A stretch of 64,000 nt of DNA from a bacterium (GCA_965209155.1 OZ242383.1:1312001-1376000), one strand, 5' to 3'. Shown: positions 9,591-19,853, counted from the stretch's first letter. Translations and numbers: made by a program. The notes: generated from the sequence alone by a model not told the origin.

Positions 9591-9711
9591 ATCGGGTAGG
9601 TAGCGGTATTTAGCCGCCACCTCCCACACCACCCTGCGTGCCTGCGCGGCCCGGCGGCTCCGCACGGGGCTAGGCGCCCCCGACGGTTCACTGCTTGAAG
9701 CGCACCTTGAT
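9591..9711 (-). mobile_element. Group IIC intron 3' relic (probable end of RT ORF, domain V, domain VI)
   Basis: Minus strand reads TGAACCG...CCCCGTGCGGAGCCGC...ACGCAGGGTGGTGTGGGAGG...CCTACCCGAT, the typical class C DV-DVI pattern, with two 14-nt insertions. Confidence 0.8.
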
Positions 9712-9830
9712 CCAATGATGGTAAACGCTTTGCCAGGGAGGTAAATCAGAGTGCTAAGCGCTCTTGCTTCCATGGCGCTCGTTCTTTTTCAAAGAGTGGA
9801 CTGGCTTCTTGAAGAGCCTCGAGGTGGGGA
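9712..9830 (-). mobile_element. Mosaic IS relic: IS5 transposase fragment fused to the IS66-derived fragment
   Basis: Reverse complement of ~9714-9748 matches ~29992-30027 (IS5 remnant); 9746-9830 matches 6622-6710. Confidence 0.7.
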
Positions 9831-10046
9831 GAGGATGACAAGAAACGCAAAACATAGCAGACAAAGAAACAGTCTTTCCGAGTCCCAAATATACTTGAAA
9901 CAATTCTCATAGTGGTCTATTTATTGTTGATCAGTTGTGAATGGAAGAAATTTCAGGAAAGTATCGAAATTGCAACTGTCAAAAGCTGAGCAAAAAAACT
10001 TTGTGCCTTTGTGCCTTTGTGCCTTTGTGCCTTCTTTCTTAAAAAT

Positions 10047-10138
10047 GGTTGGGTTTCGCGCAATTGAAAGTTTCGAACCGTGTCAGGTCCTAACGGAAGC
10101 AGCACTAAGATACCGGAGATGTGCCGCGAAACTCAACC
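10047..10138 (+). ncRNA. ffs: Signal recognition particle RNA (4.5S)
   Basis: Long hairpin GGTTGGGTTTCGCG...CGCGAAACTCAACC with helix 8 GTCAGGTCC-TAAC-GGAAGCAGCA; lies directly upstream of dnaX. Confidence 0.9.
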
Positions 10139-10163
10139 GCCCTGTTTGACGATGGCGCGCAAT

Positions 10164-11915
10164 ATGTCCTACATTGTTTTAGCACGTAAATTGAGGCCAG
10201 TCCGATTTGATGATTTGGTCGGACAAGAGACCATTGCTCAGATATTGAAAAACGCCATCTCAACGAATCGGATCGGCCATGCTTTTTTATTCACGGGTTC
10301 CCGTGGCGTAGGAAAGACGACTGCCGCCCGTGTGCTCACAAAGGCCATCAATTGCCTGAATCCCCAGGAGGTCAATCCCTGCGAGAAATGCCAGACTTGC
10401 TTAGATATCACGAACAATGCTTCTCCGGACGTCTACGAAATCGATGCTGCTTCCAATCGGGGGATCGACAACATCCGCGAATTGAGAGAAAATATCAAGT
10501 ATGCTCCGGCAAACTGTCGATATAAAGTCTACATTATTGACGAGGCGCATATGTTGACGCTCGAGTCATTCAATGCTCTTTTAAAAACATTGGAAGAACC
10601 CCCCGCCCACGTGAAGTTCATTCTTGCCACTACCGATCCCCATAAATTACCACAGACCATCATTTCCCGTTGCCAGCGTTATGATTTTGTTCGCATTCCC
10701 CTGCAAAAGATGGTGGACTATTTGAGCAGGGTTATTAAGGAGGAAGGAATTATGCTTTCCAGGGATGCGTTGCAGTTGGTGGCTCAACAAGCAGTGGGAG
10801 GTATGCGAGATGCGTTGACAATGATTGATCAAATCACGAGTTATTCCGGCCTGTCGGCTACTGATGAAGAAGTTTCACGCATTTTGGGACTGGTAGATAC
10901 AAAAGTCCGTTTTCAACTTTTGAAGGCATTACTGGCAAAAGATCCAACCACGGCAATGGCAAAATTTCACGAAATGCAACAACGTGGTCACAACTTTCAG
11001 GATATACTTTCGAACTTATTACAATCGGTCAAGAACCTCTCATTGATTCATACGTTTACTCAGCAGACAGGCCAACTGCCGCCGACTCTGTTTCAAGATA
11101 TCCCTGAAGAAGATGTAAAACACTACAAATCCTTTGTTCCTGCAGTTTCTTTAGATGAATTACAGCAAATGTTTCGTGTTTTAATGGAACTGGAAGAGCA
11201 GGTCAAACAGAGTAGTCATGCTCAAATTTGTTTCGATATGGCCATTATCCAACTGACAAGTGTGCAAGCATTGGTGGGAATTCCGGAATTATTGCAACAG
11301 GTAAAGGGACTGCGTGAAGGTACTAGTAATAATCACGGGACGAAGTCTGAAAGCAAACCAACGCCCCCCCGGAAATACTCACGCGGACCATCGTCCACTC
11401 CAAACGTCCCTGCCAGCAAGCAGGAGCATTCAGCAATCTCAGGAGAAAGGTCTGGAGAAAAAAAAGAGTTGCCTGTACAAAACGTTTCGGAAGTTCCACC
11501 TTCCTCCCTGCAAACTCCAACAAAAGAGTGGCAAACATTTGTGGAATACATCCAACAAAAATCTCCTTGGTTGGGCAGTGTGTTAAAGAATGCCGTTTTG
11601 GTGGAAAGCAACGAAAAGCGAATTCAGATTGCTTTCAAGGAATCGCAATTCAAAGAGATGCTTACCAACGAAAAAATGATGAATTTGCGCGAATTTGCAA
11701 AGGGTTTCTATTGTCGTGACGTAGAAATAAATGTTCAAGACGACAACCGGGTGGAGAATTCCCTCACCATCTCTGAACAACGACAGCGACTTTCAGAAGA
11801 AAAAAGAGATAGACGCCTCAAAGAGGCAAAGCAAGATGAACGGGTCCAAATGATCCTTAAAAAGTTCCCGGGTAGCAAAATAGTAGACTTTCAAATCCAG
11901 GAACCTGAACTTTAA
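10164..11915 (+). CDS. dnaX: DNA polymerase III subunit gamma/tau
   Basis: MSYIVLARKLRP..FDDLVGQ, GSRGVGKTT, EIDAASNRG, IIDEAHML, SRCQ; the ORF-track start overlaps ffs. Confidence 0.95.
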   Translation: MSYIVLARKLRPVRFDDLVGQETIAQILKNAISTNRIGHAFLFTGSRGVGKTTAARVLTKAINCLNPQEVNPCEKCQTCLDITNNASPDVYEIDAASNRGIDNIRELRENIKYAPANCRYKVYIIDEAHMLTLESFNALLKTLEEPPAHVKFILATTDPHKLPQTIISRCQRYDFVRIPLQKMVDYLSRVIKEEGIMLSRDALQLVAQQAVGGMRDALTMIDQITSYSGLSATDEEVSRILGLVDTKVRFQLLKALLAKDPTTAMAKFHEMQQRGHNFQDILSNLLQSVKNLSLIHTFTQQTGQLPPTLFQDIPEEDVKHYKSFVPAVSLDELQQMFRVLMELEEQVKQSSHAQICFDMAIIQLTSVQALVGIPELLQQVKGLREGTSNNHGTKSESKPTPPRKYSRGPSSTPNVPASKQEHSAISGERSGEKKELPVQNVSEVPPSSLQTPTKEWQTFVEYIQQKSPWLGSVLKNAVLVESNEKRIQIAFKESQFKEMLTNEKMMNLREFAKGFYCRDVEINVQDDNRVENSLTISEQRQRLSEEKRDRRLKEAKQDERVQMILKKFPGSKIVDFQIQEPEL

Positions 11916-11936
11916 CCATTGAACCAAAGGAGTCCA

Positions 11937-12266
11937 ATGTTCGATAGCTCTATGGAAGATCTCCTGAAAAAAGCCCAGGAAGTATCTCAAAATATGCGAT
12001 CCCAACAAGAGGAACTTGCCAAAAAAAGGATTGATGTTTCGGTTGGAGGAGAAATGGTGAAGATGACCTTCAACGGCAATCAACAAGCGCTTTCCATTCA
12101 CATTGACCCGGAAGTGATTGACCCGGAAGATATTCAAACGTTGGAAGATTTGGTTTTATCTGCTGTCAATGAAGGGATTCGTCAAAGCCAGAAAATCGTA
12201 CAGGAAGAATTGGGGAAACAATTGGGAGGTTTGGGAGGACTTAAAATACCCGGTTTTAATGCGTAG
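11937..12266 (+). CDS. ybaB: Nucleoid-associated protein YbaB/EbfC
   Basis: LLKKAQE, GGEMVK...NG, IDPE...LEDLVLSAVN; follows dnaX. Confidence 0.92.
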   Translation: MFDSSMEDLLKKAQEVSQNMRSQQEELAKKRIDVSVGGEMVKMTFNGNQQALSIHIDPEVIDPEDIQTLEDLVLSAVNEGIRQSQKIVQEELGKQLGGLGGLKIPGFNA

Positions 12267-12364
12267 CGGCAAGGGTCTTCCGTGATCGCGCTTTTCGGGA
12301 GCCTTCTTGGCCAGATCGCTGTCCCTCCAGGAAAGACTTATATGGCGGAAAAGTGTGAAGGTGC

Positions 12365-13129
12365 TCAGACAGTAGTCAATCGCACTGGAATATCCTGGCT
12401 ATGCAGGTACTGCTTGACTTCAGAAACTGTAAATTGTTTGTAATGAAATATAGAAGCTGCCAGGACGGCATCGGCCGCTCCTTCTTGGAGGGCCTCTTTG
12501 AAATGATGCAATTCTCCTCCTCCTCCCGATGCAATAACCGGTATATTGAGGGATCGACTGATTTTGGAGGTAATAGCCAGGTCATAGCCGTTTTTTTGAC
12601 CATCGGTATCCATGCTGGTGAGGAGGATTTCCCCTGCCCCACGCCTTTCAGCCTCTAAAGCCCACTGACAGGCATTTAAACCCGTCTCGCGGGTGCCGCC
12701 GTGACTGAAGACTTCCCAATGATCTCCCCGCTTTTTGACGTCGATTGCCACGACAATACACTGGGAGCCGAAACGATTCGCCCCTTCGCTTATCAAGCCG
12801 GGATTCCGCAATGCTGAGGAATTGATGGAAACCTTGTCTGCCCCAACAGTGACCAATTCTCGTATTTCTTCCACAGTAGAGATACCTCCTCCAATTGTGA
12901 AAGGGATGAAAAGCACTCTTGCCAGGTGGGCTGCCAGTTCCAAGGTGGTTTTTCGATTTTCTTGGGACGCGGTTATGTCTAAAAATACCAATTCATCGGC
13001 CGATTGGTCATTGTACAAATGAGCAAGCTCCAAAGGGTTGCCAGCGTCTCTCAATTGGACAAAACTGGTACCTTTGACCACCCGACCATTCTTGATATCC
13101 AAACAGGGAATAATTCGCTTTGCTAGCAA
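12365..13129 (-). CDS. hisF: Imidazole glycerol phosphate synthase subunit HisF
   Basis: MLAKRIIPCLD, GRVVKG, GADKVSINS, EILLTSMD, AASIFH. Confidence 0.97.
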   Translation of the reverse strand: MLAKRIIPCLDIKNGRVVKGTSFVQLRDAGNPLELAHLYNDQSADELVFLDITASQENRKTTLELAAHLARVLFIPFTIGGGISTVEEIRELVTVGADKVSINSSALRNPGLISEGANRFGSQCIVVAIDVKKRGDHWEVFSHGGTRETGLNACQWALEAERRGAGEILLTSMDTDGQKNGYDLAITSKISRSLNIPVIASGGGGELHHFKEALQEGAADAVLAASIFHYKQFTVSEVKQYLHSQDIPVRLTTV

Positions 13130-13842
13130 GGTAAAATCTCGTTTAATCGAATTTTTCCTTCATATATTGCTTTGCCCACAATGACTTGGTCGACCCCGAC
13201 AGATTCCAGTGATTTTACGCGATCGATATCTACCTTCGAAGATATCCCACCAGACGCTGTAATTTTCAATTGAGTTTTCTCGGCAAATTGCCGTAACGCT
13301 GGCAGATTCGGACCGGTCAACATACCATCACGGGCGATGTCGGTGAAAATAATACGTTCAATTCCCAACTTTTTCCAATGCAATCCAAATTTCACGTCGT
13401 CGAAATCAGTTTGTTCTTTCCATCCAGAAACAGCAACTTTGCCATCTCGTGAATCAATTCCCAGAATGACTTTTTCTCCGGAAAATTCTTTGAGCGCAGA
13501 TTCCAGAACACCAGGATTCTTTACTGCCATGGTGCCCACTATCACAGAGGAAACTCCCATCTCTAACATTCTTTCGATATCCCCCCGATTACGTATTCCC
13601 CCTCCCAACTCCACGGGAATTTTTACTGCTTGAATGATTGCAAAAATGCTCCGCAAATTTGCGGATTTTCCTGAAAAAGCGCCATCCAGATCTACCAAAT
13701 GCAGACATTGCGCTCCGGCTTCTTCAAACATAATCGCCATCTCCACGGGATTGTCCGAGTAAATGGTTTCCTTTGTCGCTTTTCCCTGCAGGAGTCTCAC
13801 GCATTTACCATCTTTCAGATCAATGGCGGGGATGACAATCAT
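13123..13842 (-). CDS. hisA: ProFAR isomerase
   Basis: IPAIDLKDGKCVRL.QG, LHLVDLDGA, GGGIR, TDIARDG. Confidence 0.97.
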   Translation of the reverse strand: MIVIPAIDLKDGKCVRLLQGKATKETIYSDNPVEMAIMFEEAGAQCLHLVDLDGAFSGKSANLRSIFAIIQAVKIPVELGGGIRNRGDIERMLEMGVSSVIVGTMAVKNPGVLESALKEFSGEKVILGIDSRDGKVAVSGWKEQTDFDDVKFGLHWKKLGIERIIFTDIARDGMLTGPNLPALRQFAEKTQLKITASGGISSKVDIDRVKSLESVGVDQVIVGKAIYEGKIRLNEILPC

Positions 13843-13918
13843 ACGCTCTCCTTAAGAAACCTGAACTGAAATTGTTGGGTATTTTTTTTTTTTCAAATAG
13901 AATTCCAGGGTGAGAGTT

Positions 13919-14632
13919 TTATGAAGATTGGGTATTGGTTTTCCTTTTTCGCGAAATAATCCCAACCACTTTCTTTAGTATGAGTGGAAGAATACCGAGC
14001 AAGGCAAAAGATATCAATAAGCCGGGAGAAACAATGTCTTCCAGAGAATTGACTTTTGCTAATTCTGATCCTGCATTGACGTAGACGATGGTTCCCGCCA
14101 GCATTCCTATTTGACTGACCCAGGCAAAAGTAAATACTCGCATTGGCATCAATCCCATGACGAGATTGATCACAAAAAAAGGAAACGCGGGAACCAATCT
14201 CAAAGCGAACAAATAAAAGGCACCCTCTTTCTCAATTTTTTCATTGATGGTTCGGATTTGATTTTTAAACTTTTGTTGGACGTAATTTCGCAATAAAGTA
14301 CGGGCCACCAGCATAGCAATGGTCGCTCCGATGGTACTTGCAAAGGAGACCACGATGGTTCCCACAATCAAACCAAAGATGGTTCCTGCGGCAAGTGTCA
14401 GGATGGCTGCGCCGGGCAGGGAGAGGGCTGCCATAACAATGTAGATAATCATGTATATGCTCACTGTGAGCACAGGATGCCGGGCATTGTAGGCAGCGAA
14501 TTTGTCCTTGAATTCTCGCAAATTATCAAGGGTGAAATAATGGTGAAGGTCAAAGAGGAAAAATAGAATGATGCAGGTCAGTATGGTCAGCGCAATAAGT
14601 ATTCTGATGGCATGTTGTTTGAGAATTTCCAT
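13919..14632 (-). CDS. TVP38/TMEM64 (DedA/VTT-like) membrane protein
   Basis: LSLPGAAILTL, YLFALRLVP.FPFFVINL, SQIGMLAGTIVYVNAG. Confidence 0.88.
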   Translation of the reverse strand: MEILKQHAIRILIALTILTCIILFFLFDLHHYFTLDNLREFKDKFAAYNARHPVLTVSIYMIIYIVMAALSLPGAAILTLAAGTIFGLIVGTIVVSFASTIGATIAMLVARTLLRNYVQQKFKNQIRTINEKIEKEGAFYLFALRLVPAFPFFVINLVMGLMPMRVFTFAWVSQIGMLAGTIVYVNAGSELAKVNSLEDIVSPGLLISFALLGILPLILKKVVGIISRKRKTNTQSS

Positions 14633-14683
14633 AGATGGAGAAATGAAATTTTAGTTTTACTTAGCTTGGAAGAGGAAAAATTT

Positions 14684-15679
14684 TCATGACAACACCCCAC
14701 TGCAACTACTGCCAGCCCCAGCCATGCATCCGAAGCAGTGAGCACCGGTTGCAATAAATTTTTCTTTATAATGATCCATGCTGTCTATGTTCCAGATAGT
14801 GGTCTGCGTACCCGGAACCTTCATTTCCAGCATTTGATTGAAATCGCAATCATACAATTGCCCCTGCCATCCGATGGAAATGAGGCTACGACACATCAAA
14901 TTTTCTAAAGTCGACGGATTGAAGGCTTCAATCAAAAGATTCATGTATGCGTCCAATTGTGATGAACGATTCAATTGATCTGCAAAACGGCTTATTGGCA
15001 TGTTAGTGATTGTGAATAAATTGTTGAATTCGATATCAAACTTGGATTTCAATTGTTCTTTATAATCCACTTCCAAGGCTGCTTGTGGAGGGGGAAGCGA
15101 GTTGCCTATGGGATTGTATACCAAATTCAACAATAACCGGTCTCTCGATTTTCCATATCCCAGTCGGTTCAATATCCGCAGAGCCGCGATACTTTTATTG
15201 AATACACCCCGTCCTCGTTGCGCATCGACATTTTCAGACGAATAACAAGGCAACGATGCAATTATTTCGACTTCATTATCTGCCAGAAATTCAGCCAGGG
15301 TCTCTTGTCCTTCTTCCAACAATATCGTCAGGTTGCATCGGTCCATGACGTGACATTTCAATCGTTTGGCTTCCTCCACCAGGTATCGAAAATTGGGATT
15401 CAGTTCAGGAGCTCCCCCCGTGATGTCCACGGTTTGAACAGAGGAAGATTTTTCTATAAGGGTCAGAATCCTTTCCACCGTCTGCTTAGTCATTTGTTCG
15501 CTGCGTTTGGGGCTTGCATCTACATGACAATGATGACACGCTTGGTTGCATTTTTTTCCGACATTGATTTGCAAGGTTAACAGGTTGTTTCGATTGAGGG
15601 ACAATCCATGTCTTTGTAAATGCTTGTTAAAGTTGAATTTCTTCAACATTTCGAGATGGAGGGGTATATAATTTTTCAT
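14684..15679 (-). CDS. Radical SAM protein, ArsS/DUF3641 family
   Basis: CNQACHHCH motif, DITGGAPE, DRCNLT, YDCDFNQML, HCFGC.AGAGSSC. Confidence 0.85.
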   Translation of the reverse strand: MKNYIPLHLEMLKKFNFNKHLQRHGLSLNRNNLLTLQINVGKKCNQACHHCHVDASPKRSEQMTKQTVERILTLIEKSSSVQTVDITGGAPELNPNFRYLVEEAKRLKCHVMDRCNLTILLEEGQETLAEFLADNEVEIIASLPCYSSENVDAQRGRGVFNKSIAALRILNRLGYGKSRDRLLLNLVYNPIGNSLPPPQAALEVDYKEQLKSKFDIEFNNLFTITNMPISRFADQLNRSSQLDAYMNLLIEAFNPSTLENLMCRSLISIGWQGQLYDCDFNQMLEMKVPGTQTTIWNIDSMDHYKEKFIATGAHCFGCMAGAGSSCSGVLS

Positions 15680-15841
15680 AATTATCTGCCACTCTTAGGA
15701 GGAGAGTCAAGAATAGTTACACTGCTCTACTGTATCCCATATTCTCAAACTATTACAACCAAGTTTACGCTCTTTCATTTTTTCCCCATTGATGCCTTGC
15801 ACTTTGGAAGCATTTTGAGTTTCACTCTTTGAGAACCAACC

Positions 15842-16897
15842 ATGCGCAAAACAATAAAAACTTTTGAAGAATTTCTCCACAAACCCGTCAAAGAACGACT
15901 ATCTTATTATGAAAAAGAAGGGCGTCTCTACCATATAATGGTGTCCCAACAGTTCTCCCGGATGTTTCTTGAAAAATTGTTCAATACCGCGGATTTGATC
16001 AAGCATATCACTCGCAAACCGGATGGGGTGAAATTTCTGGCTTCGTTGTTGAAGCACAAACGGGCGATGCTCTATTTCACGCAACCTTCTACACGAACTT
16101 TCCTGTCTTTCTTGAGTGCCTGTCAAATCATTGGAATGAATGCGGGAGAAGTGCGTGATTCCGCGTTGTCTTCGGAAATCAAAGGAGAAAGTCAGGAAGA
16201 CGGATTGCGTGTTTTCAGCAGCTATTTTGATATCATCATCATGCGAGACAGCAAAGCCGGTTTTTGTGAATACATGTCTTATTTACTGGATTTGACTGGG
16301 AGAAGCGTTCCAATAATCAATGGAGGCAGCGGGAAAGATCAGCATCCGACACAGGCTTTGTTGGATGTTTATACCTTACATCGCTCATTTCAAGACCGGG
16401 GAGGAATTTCAGGAAAAGTCTATGGATTTGTCGGGGATTTGATGCGGGGTCGTGCCGTACGCTCCGTGATTTATTTATTGACCAAATACGAGGAACTCGA
16501 AATGTACATGGTAGCCCCTGCCAGTTTACAAATTGCCCCGGATTTGGAAGAGCACCTGGAAGAAAACAACGTCAAAGTCCACAAAAGCGAGTGCCTGGAA
16601 GAGGTCCTCCCTCATGTGGACAGCCTCTATATGACTCGAGTGCAGGATGAGTATGATCGTTCCGGCGAATCATCCCTGATTGATTATTCCAAATTCCATC
16701 TGACACCGGAGAATATTGATCTCATGAAACCTCAAGCTATCATTTTACATCCTCTACCCCGGCGTAATGAAATTGATCCGGTGCTCGATTCAGACTCGAG
16801 GGCAATGTACTGGCGACAACTGCGCAATGGGATGTACATTCGTGCCGCTTTGCTGCTATATTTGTTTGAAGTGGAACATCGTCTGATTGACTTCTGA
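15842..16897 (+). CDS. pyrB: Aspartate carbamoyltransferase catalytic subunit
   Basis: PSTRT, KGES, QHPTQALLD, YMTRVQ.E, LHPLPR. Confidence 0.9.
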   Translation: MRKTIKTFEEFLHKPVKERLSYYEKEGRLYHIMVSQQFSRMFLEKLFNTADLIKHITRKPDGVKFLASLLKHKRAMLYFTQPSTRTFLSFLSACQIIGMNAGEVRDSALSSEIKGESQEDGLRVFSSYFDIIIMRDSKAGFCEYMSYLLDLTGRSVPIINGGSGKDQHPTQALLDVYTLHRSFQDRGGISGKVYGFVGDLMRGRAVRSVIYLLTKYEELEMYMVAPASLQIAPDLEEHLEENNVKVHKSECLEEVLPHVDSLYMTRVQDEYDRSGESSLIDYSKFHLTPENIDLMKPQAIILHPLPRRNEIDPVLDSDSRAMYWRQLRNGMYIRAALLLYLFEVEHRLIDF

Positions 16898-16960
16898 AGT
16901 CCGATAAAAGGCAGGCAGTCCGGCAATAAGGGTTCGTTGAATCGGTAAAAAAAGCTTCTT

Positions 16961-18466
16961 ATGAAAGAATCTCATGCACCTCGCAAGCAATTCATTTCTC
17001 ATAATGTCGCCATCATTTTAGTTTATGGCAGACCACCTTTGGTTTTTGCGGGGATGCTCTGCGCAATCGCTGTGATGCTTACGAAAAATCCGGCGGTATA
17101 TACATTCGGGGTGGTTTGTTTATTCGCATCGATGTCTTTTGACCTGGTCGATGGCTGGTTTGCCGCGAGGTTCCATCCTCATTCCAAATTGTCCCATCTG
17201 GCAGACCGTATCATGGATAAAATCGTTTATTCAATCATTTTCCCTTTGCTCGCTTTGGGGATGATGTGGCGATTTCATTTCATTGACTCAGAGAACCCTG
17301 AACAAGCATTTTTACATGTAATTTTCGTACTCATATTATGTGTCACCGTGCTCATCCGTGATAATTTTGCCCATTTTATGCGTAATTTCGCTTTACGCAA
17401 AGGCGAACATGAAGAGATGAGAGAAATAAACAGACTGCGCACCATTGTGGCCGCTCCGGTGGCCGCTCTGCTTTATGCTCATGCTTTTTATATCCCCGAA
17501 GGACCTCCCTCTGCCATTTATTTCTGGATTTCCTGGTTGGGTAACATTTCGCTTCGCGTATTGTTCTTTATCGAAATTGTTTTCTTGATCATCAACTTTG
17601 GTTCGGTGGCGCTGTATTGTCGAAAATATGGCTCTTTTTGTTTGAACGACTTATGTCTGGGCGATGAAATCCTCAGGCGACGTATCCTTTCTCTTTTTCC
17701 CAACGCCTTAACCGTCATGAATGCCATGATGGGAATACTGGCGATTTTTTTTGCATACCAGGGGAGGGTTTTAGAAGCGTATTTGATCCTCATGGGTGCA
17801 GCCATGTTTGATAAGCTGGACGGGGCCGTGGCACGGAAACTGGGATTGACCAATCCACGATCTGGTGTAAAAAGTAGTCGAAACATCAGCTTTGGAAGCA
17901 TTTTGGATGATATTTCTGATGGAGTCAGTTTTTGTTTGGCACCAGCAGCAATCTATTATATCGTCCTGCAAAATCTTCCTGTCGCGCTCGTTCAAGACTT
18001 ACCTTTTGGATGGGTGGCTCTTTTATATGCGGTATTGGGAATTGCGCGCCTGATTTATTTTACCCTGGACTCCAATCCAATTCCGGGATGCTTCAAAGGA
18101 ATGCCAACGCCTGGAGGAGCTCTTTGGGTAACCGCACCATTGATCATGCTCAACGAGGCAATAACGACCTCATACGATCAAGTCGGATTTTGGGTGGTTC
18201 TCAGCTTTGGTTTGATGATCGTCGCATCGGTCTTGATGAATTTTTATCCCATTCGTTATATTCATTTGGGACGCTTGATGGGGCGCCATCCCTGGTTTTT
18301 CCGATTGACTGTTTTGATAATCGTACTCTTTGTTTTCACTCCCTATTTTGGGCACCTGGCATTACTTTACATGACCCTCTATGCCGTTTCTCCTCTTTTA
18401 ACCTGGCGTATTTCTCCTGAAATAGCCGAAAGAGAGACCGTTGATAAACCCATTGCGAGTCCCTGA
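16961..18466 (+). CDS. Two-domain CDP-alcohol phosphatidyltransferase
   Basis: Two DxxDG motifs ([11 protein letters not shown]...ADRIMD and [10 protein letters not shown]...GSILDDISD); PssA-like LPNALT and F.GMPTP. Confidence 0.85.
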   Translation: MKESHAPRKQFISHNVAIILVYGRPPLVFAGMLCAIAVMLTKNPAVYTFGVVCLFASMSFDLVDGWFAARFHPHSKLSHLADRIMDKIVYSIIFPLLALGMMWRFHFIDSENPEQAFLHVIFVLILCVTVLIRDNFAHFMRNFALRKGEHEEMREINRLRTIVAAPVAALLYAHAFYIPEGPPSAIYFWISWLGNISLRVLFFIEIVFLIINFGSVALYCRKYGSFCLNDLCLGDEILRRRILSLFPNALTVMNAMMGILAIFFAYQGRVLEAYLILMGAAMFDKLDGAVARKLGLTNPRSGVKSSRNISFGSILDDISDGVSFCLAPAAIYYIVLQNLPVALVQDLPFGWVALLYAVLGIARLIYFTLDSNPIPGCFKGMPTPGGALWVTAPLIMLNEAITTSYDQVGFWVVLSFGLMIVASVLMNFYPIRYIHLGRLMGRHPWFFRLTVLIIVLFVFTPYFGHLALLYMTLYAVSPLLTWRISPEIAERETVDKPIASP

Positions 18467-18471
18467 ATATC

Positions 18472-19491
18472 ATGGAAGAAACACGCGTCGTCAATCCGGA
18501 AGCGCAGATTGGTGAACAATATGACCTGTCTCTGAGACCGACCAGGTTGAGTGAATATATCGGTCAGACCGATGTTAAAGAGAACATGCAGGTATTTATA
18601 GAAGCAGCAAAAAAAAGAAGGCAGGCTTTGGACCACGTTCTTTTAAGCGGTCCTCCCGGTTTGGGAAAAACCACCTTAGCCAATATCTTGTCTCATGAAT
18701 TAGAGGTACCACTCCATGCCACTTCAGGACCTGTTATTGAGCGTCAGGGCGACCTTGCTGCCATCCTGACAAATCTGGAAGCTGGCGCAATTTTGTTCAT
18801 TGATGAGATCCATCGGATCAATCGGGTCGTCGAGGAAGTTCTTTACTCGGCCATGGAAGATTTCACCCTCGATATAATGATTGGTCAGGGACCCGCTGCC
18901 CGTACCGTCAAATTGGATTTGTCTCATTTCACCTTGGTGGGAGCAACCACTAGATCCGGTTTGCTCACCAATCCATTGCGGGAACGCTTTGGGATTCACT
19001 CTCGACTGAATTTCTATTCGCCTGGTGAATTAAAGATTATCTTGCTCCGTTCCGCTGCGATTCTGGAAATTGAAATTACGGAAGAAGCGGCATTTGAACT
19101 TGCCAGGTGTTCACGAGGCACTCCTCGCATCGCAAATCGTCTCTTGAGACGTTGTCGTGACTTTGCCGATCTGCAAACCTCTGGTGTCATTACCGATTCA
19201 CTGGTGAAGAGCAGTCTGGCCCGTTTGGGAGTGGATGTATTGGGATTGGACACTATGGATCGTCTCATATTGGAAGTAATAATCGATAGATTTGGAGGCG
19301 GACCAGTTGGACTGAATACCTTGTCCGCGGCCGTTTCTGAAGAGCAAGACACTTTAGAGGATGTTTACGAACCCTACCTGCTCCTGCAAGGCTTTTTACA
19401 ACGTACCCCACGTGGTCGGATGGTCACTGCAAAAGCCTACCAACACTTGGGGTCGCAAGATCGATCCAAGGAACAAATGAAATTTTTTTGA
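18472..19491 (+). CDS. ruvB: Holliday junction branch migration helicase RuvB
   Basis: [41 protein letters not shown]. Confidence 0.97.
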   Translation: MEETRVVNPEAQIGEQYDLSLRPTRLSEYIGQTDVKENMQVFIEAAKKRRQALDHVLLSGPPGLGKTTLANILSHELEVPLHATSGPVIERQGDLAAILTNLEAGAILFIDEIHRINRVVEEVLYSAMEDFTLDIMIGQGPAARTVKLDLSHFTLVGATTRSGLLTNPLRERFGIHSRLNFYSPGELKIILLRSAAILEIEITEEAAFELARCSRGTPRIANRLLRRCRDFADLQTSGVITDSLVKSSLARLGVDVLGLDTMDRLILEVIIDRFGGGPVGLNTLSAAVSEEQDTLEDVYEPYLLLQGFLQRTPRGRMVTAKAYQHLGSQDRSKEQMKFF

Positions 19492-19505
19492 ATTTTGGGA
19501 AATTG

Positions 19506-19853
19506 TTATTTCACTTCAAGCAAAGAATTGACTTCTAATACCCCTTCCACTTCTTGAGCAATTTCAATGGCACGATCGGCAACTTGCGAATCAGAAACTG
19601 TCCCGGTCAGGGTAACTAACCCCCGATATGTGTTCACATCAATTTCAAAAATGCTGACCAGATCATCCGCAAGATAGCGTGTATTGATTTCCGTGGATAT
19701 TGATGTGTCTTTGAAAATAATTTTTGCAGTTCTTTCATCTTTGCCTACTAAATAGCCACCGACTGCTGTCCCACTCAAAAGAACAACAGGATGGCATCCT
19801 GCCAGAAAGACTGTTGCCAGGACCATAAAAAATAAATTCTTATACTGCTTCAT
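19506..19853 (-). CDS. BON-domain lipoprotein
   Basis: Lipobox LAGC; IDVNTYRGLVTLTG.V...A.EIA..VEGV.EV. Confidence 0.85.
   Translation of the reverse strand: MKQYKNLFFMVLATVFLAGCHPVVLLSGTAVGGYLVGKDERTAKIIFKDTSISTEINTRYLADDLVSIFEIDVNTYRGLVTLTGTVSDSQVADRAIEIAQEVEGVLEVNSLLEVK

Noticed and set aside
10080..10163. ORF-track N-terminal extension of dnaX
   Set aside because: It overlaps the SRP RNA; the conserved DnaX start is at 10164 (or 10152).
14684..15679. Selenocysteine recoding in the ArsS-like protein
   Set aside because: The C-terminal motif has Cys (GSSC) and there is no in-frame TGA before the normal end.
15711..15720. GAATAGTTAC IS66-IR-like 10-mer (also 46306-46315)
   Set aside because: Too short, and no adjoining element sequence, so it cannot be called.
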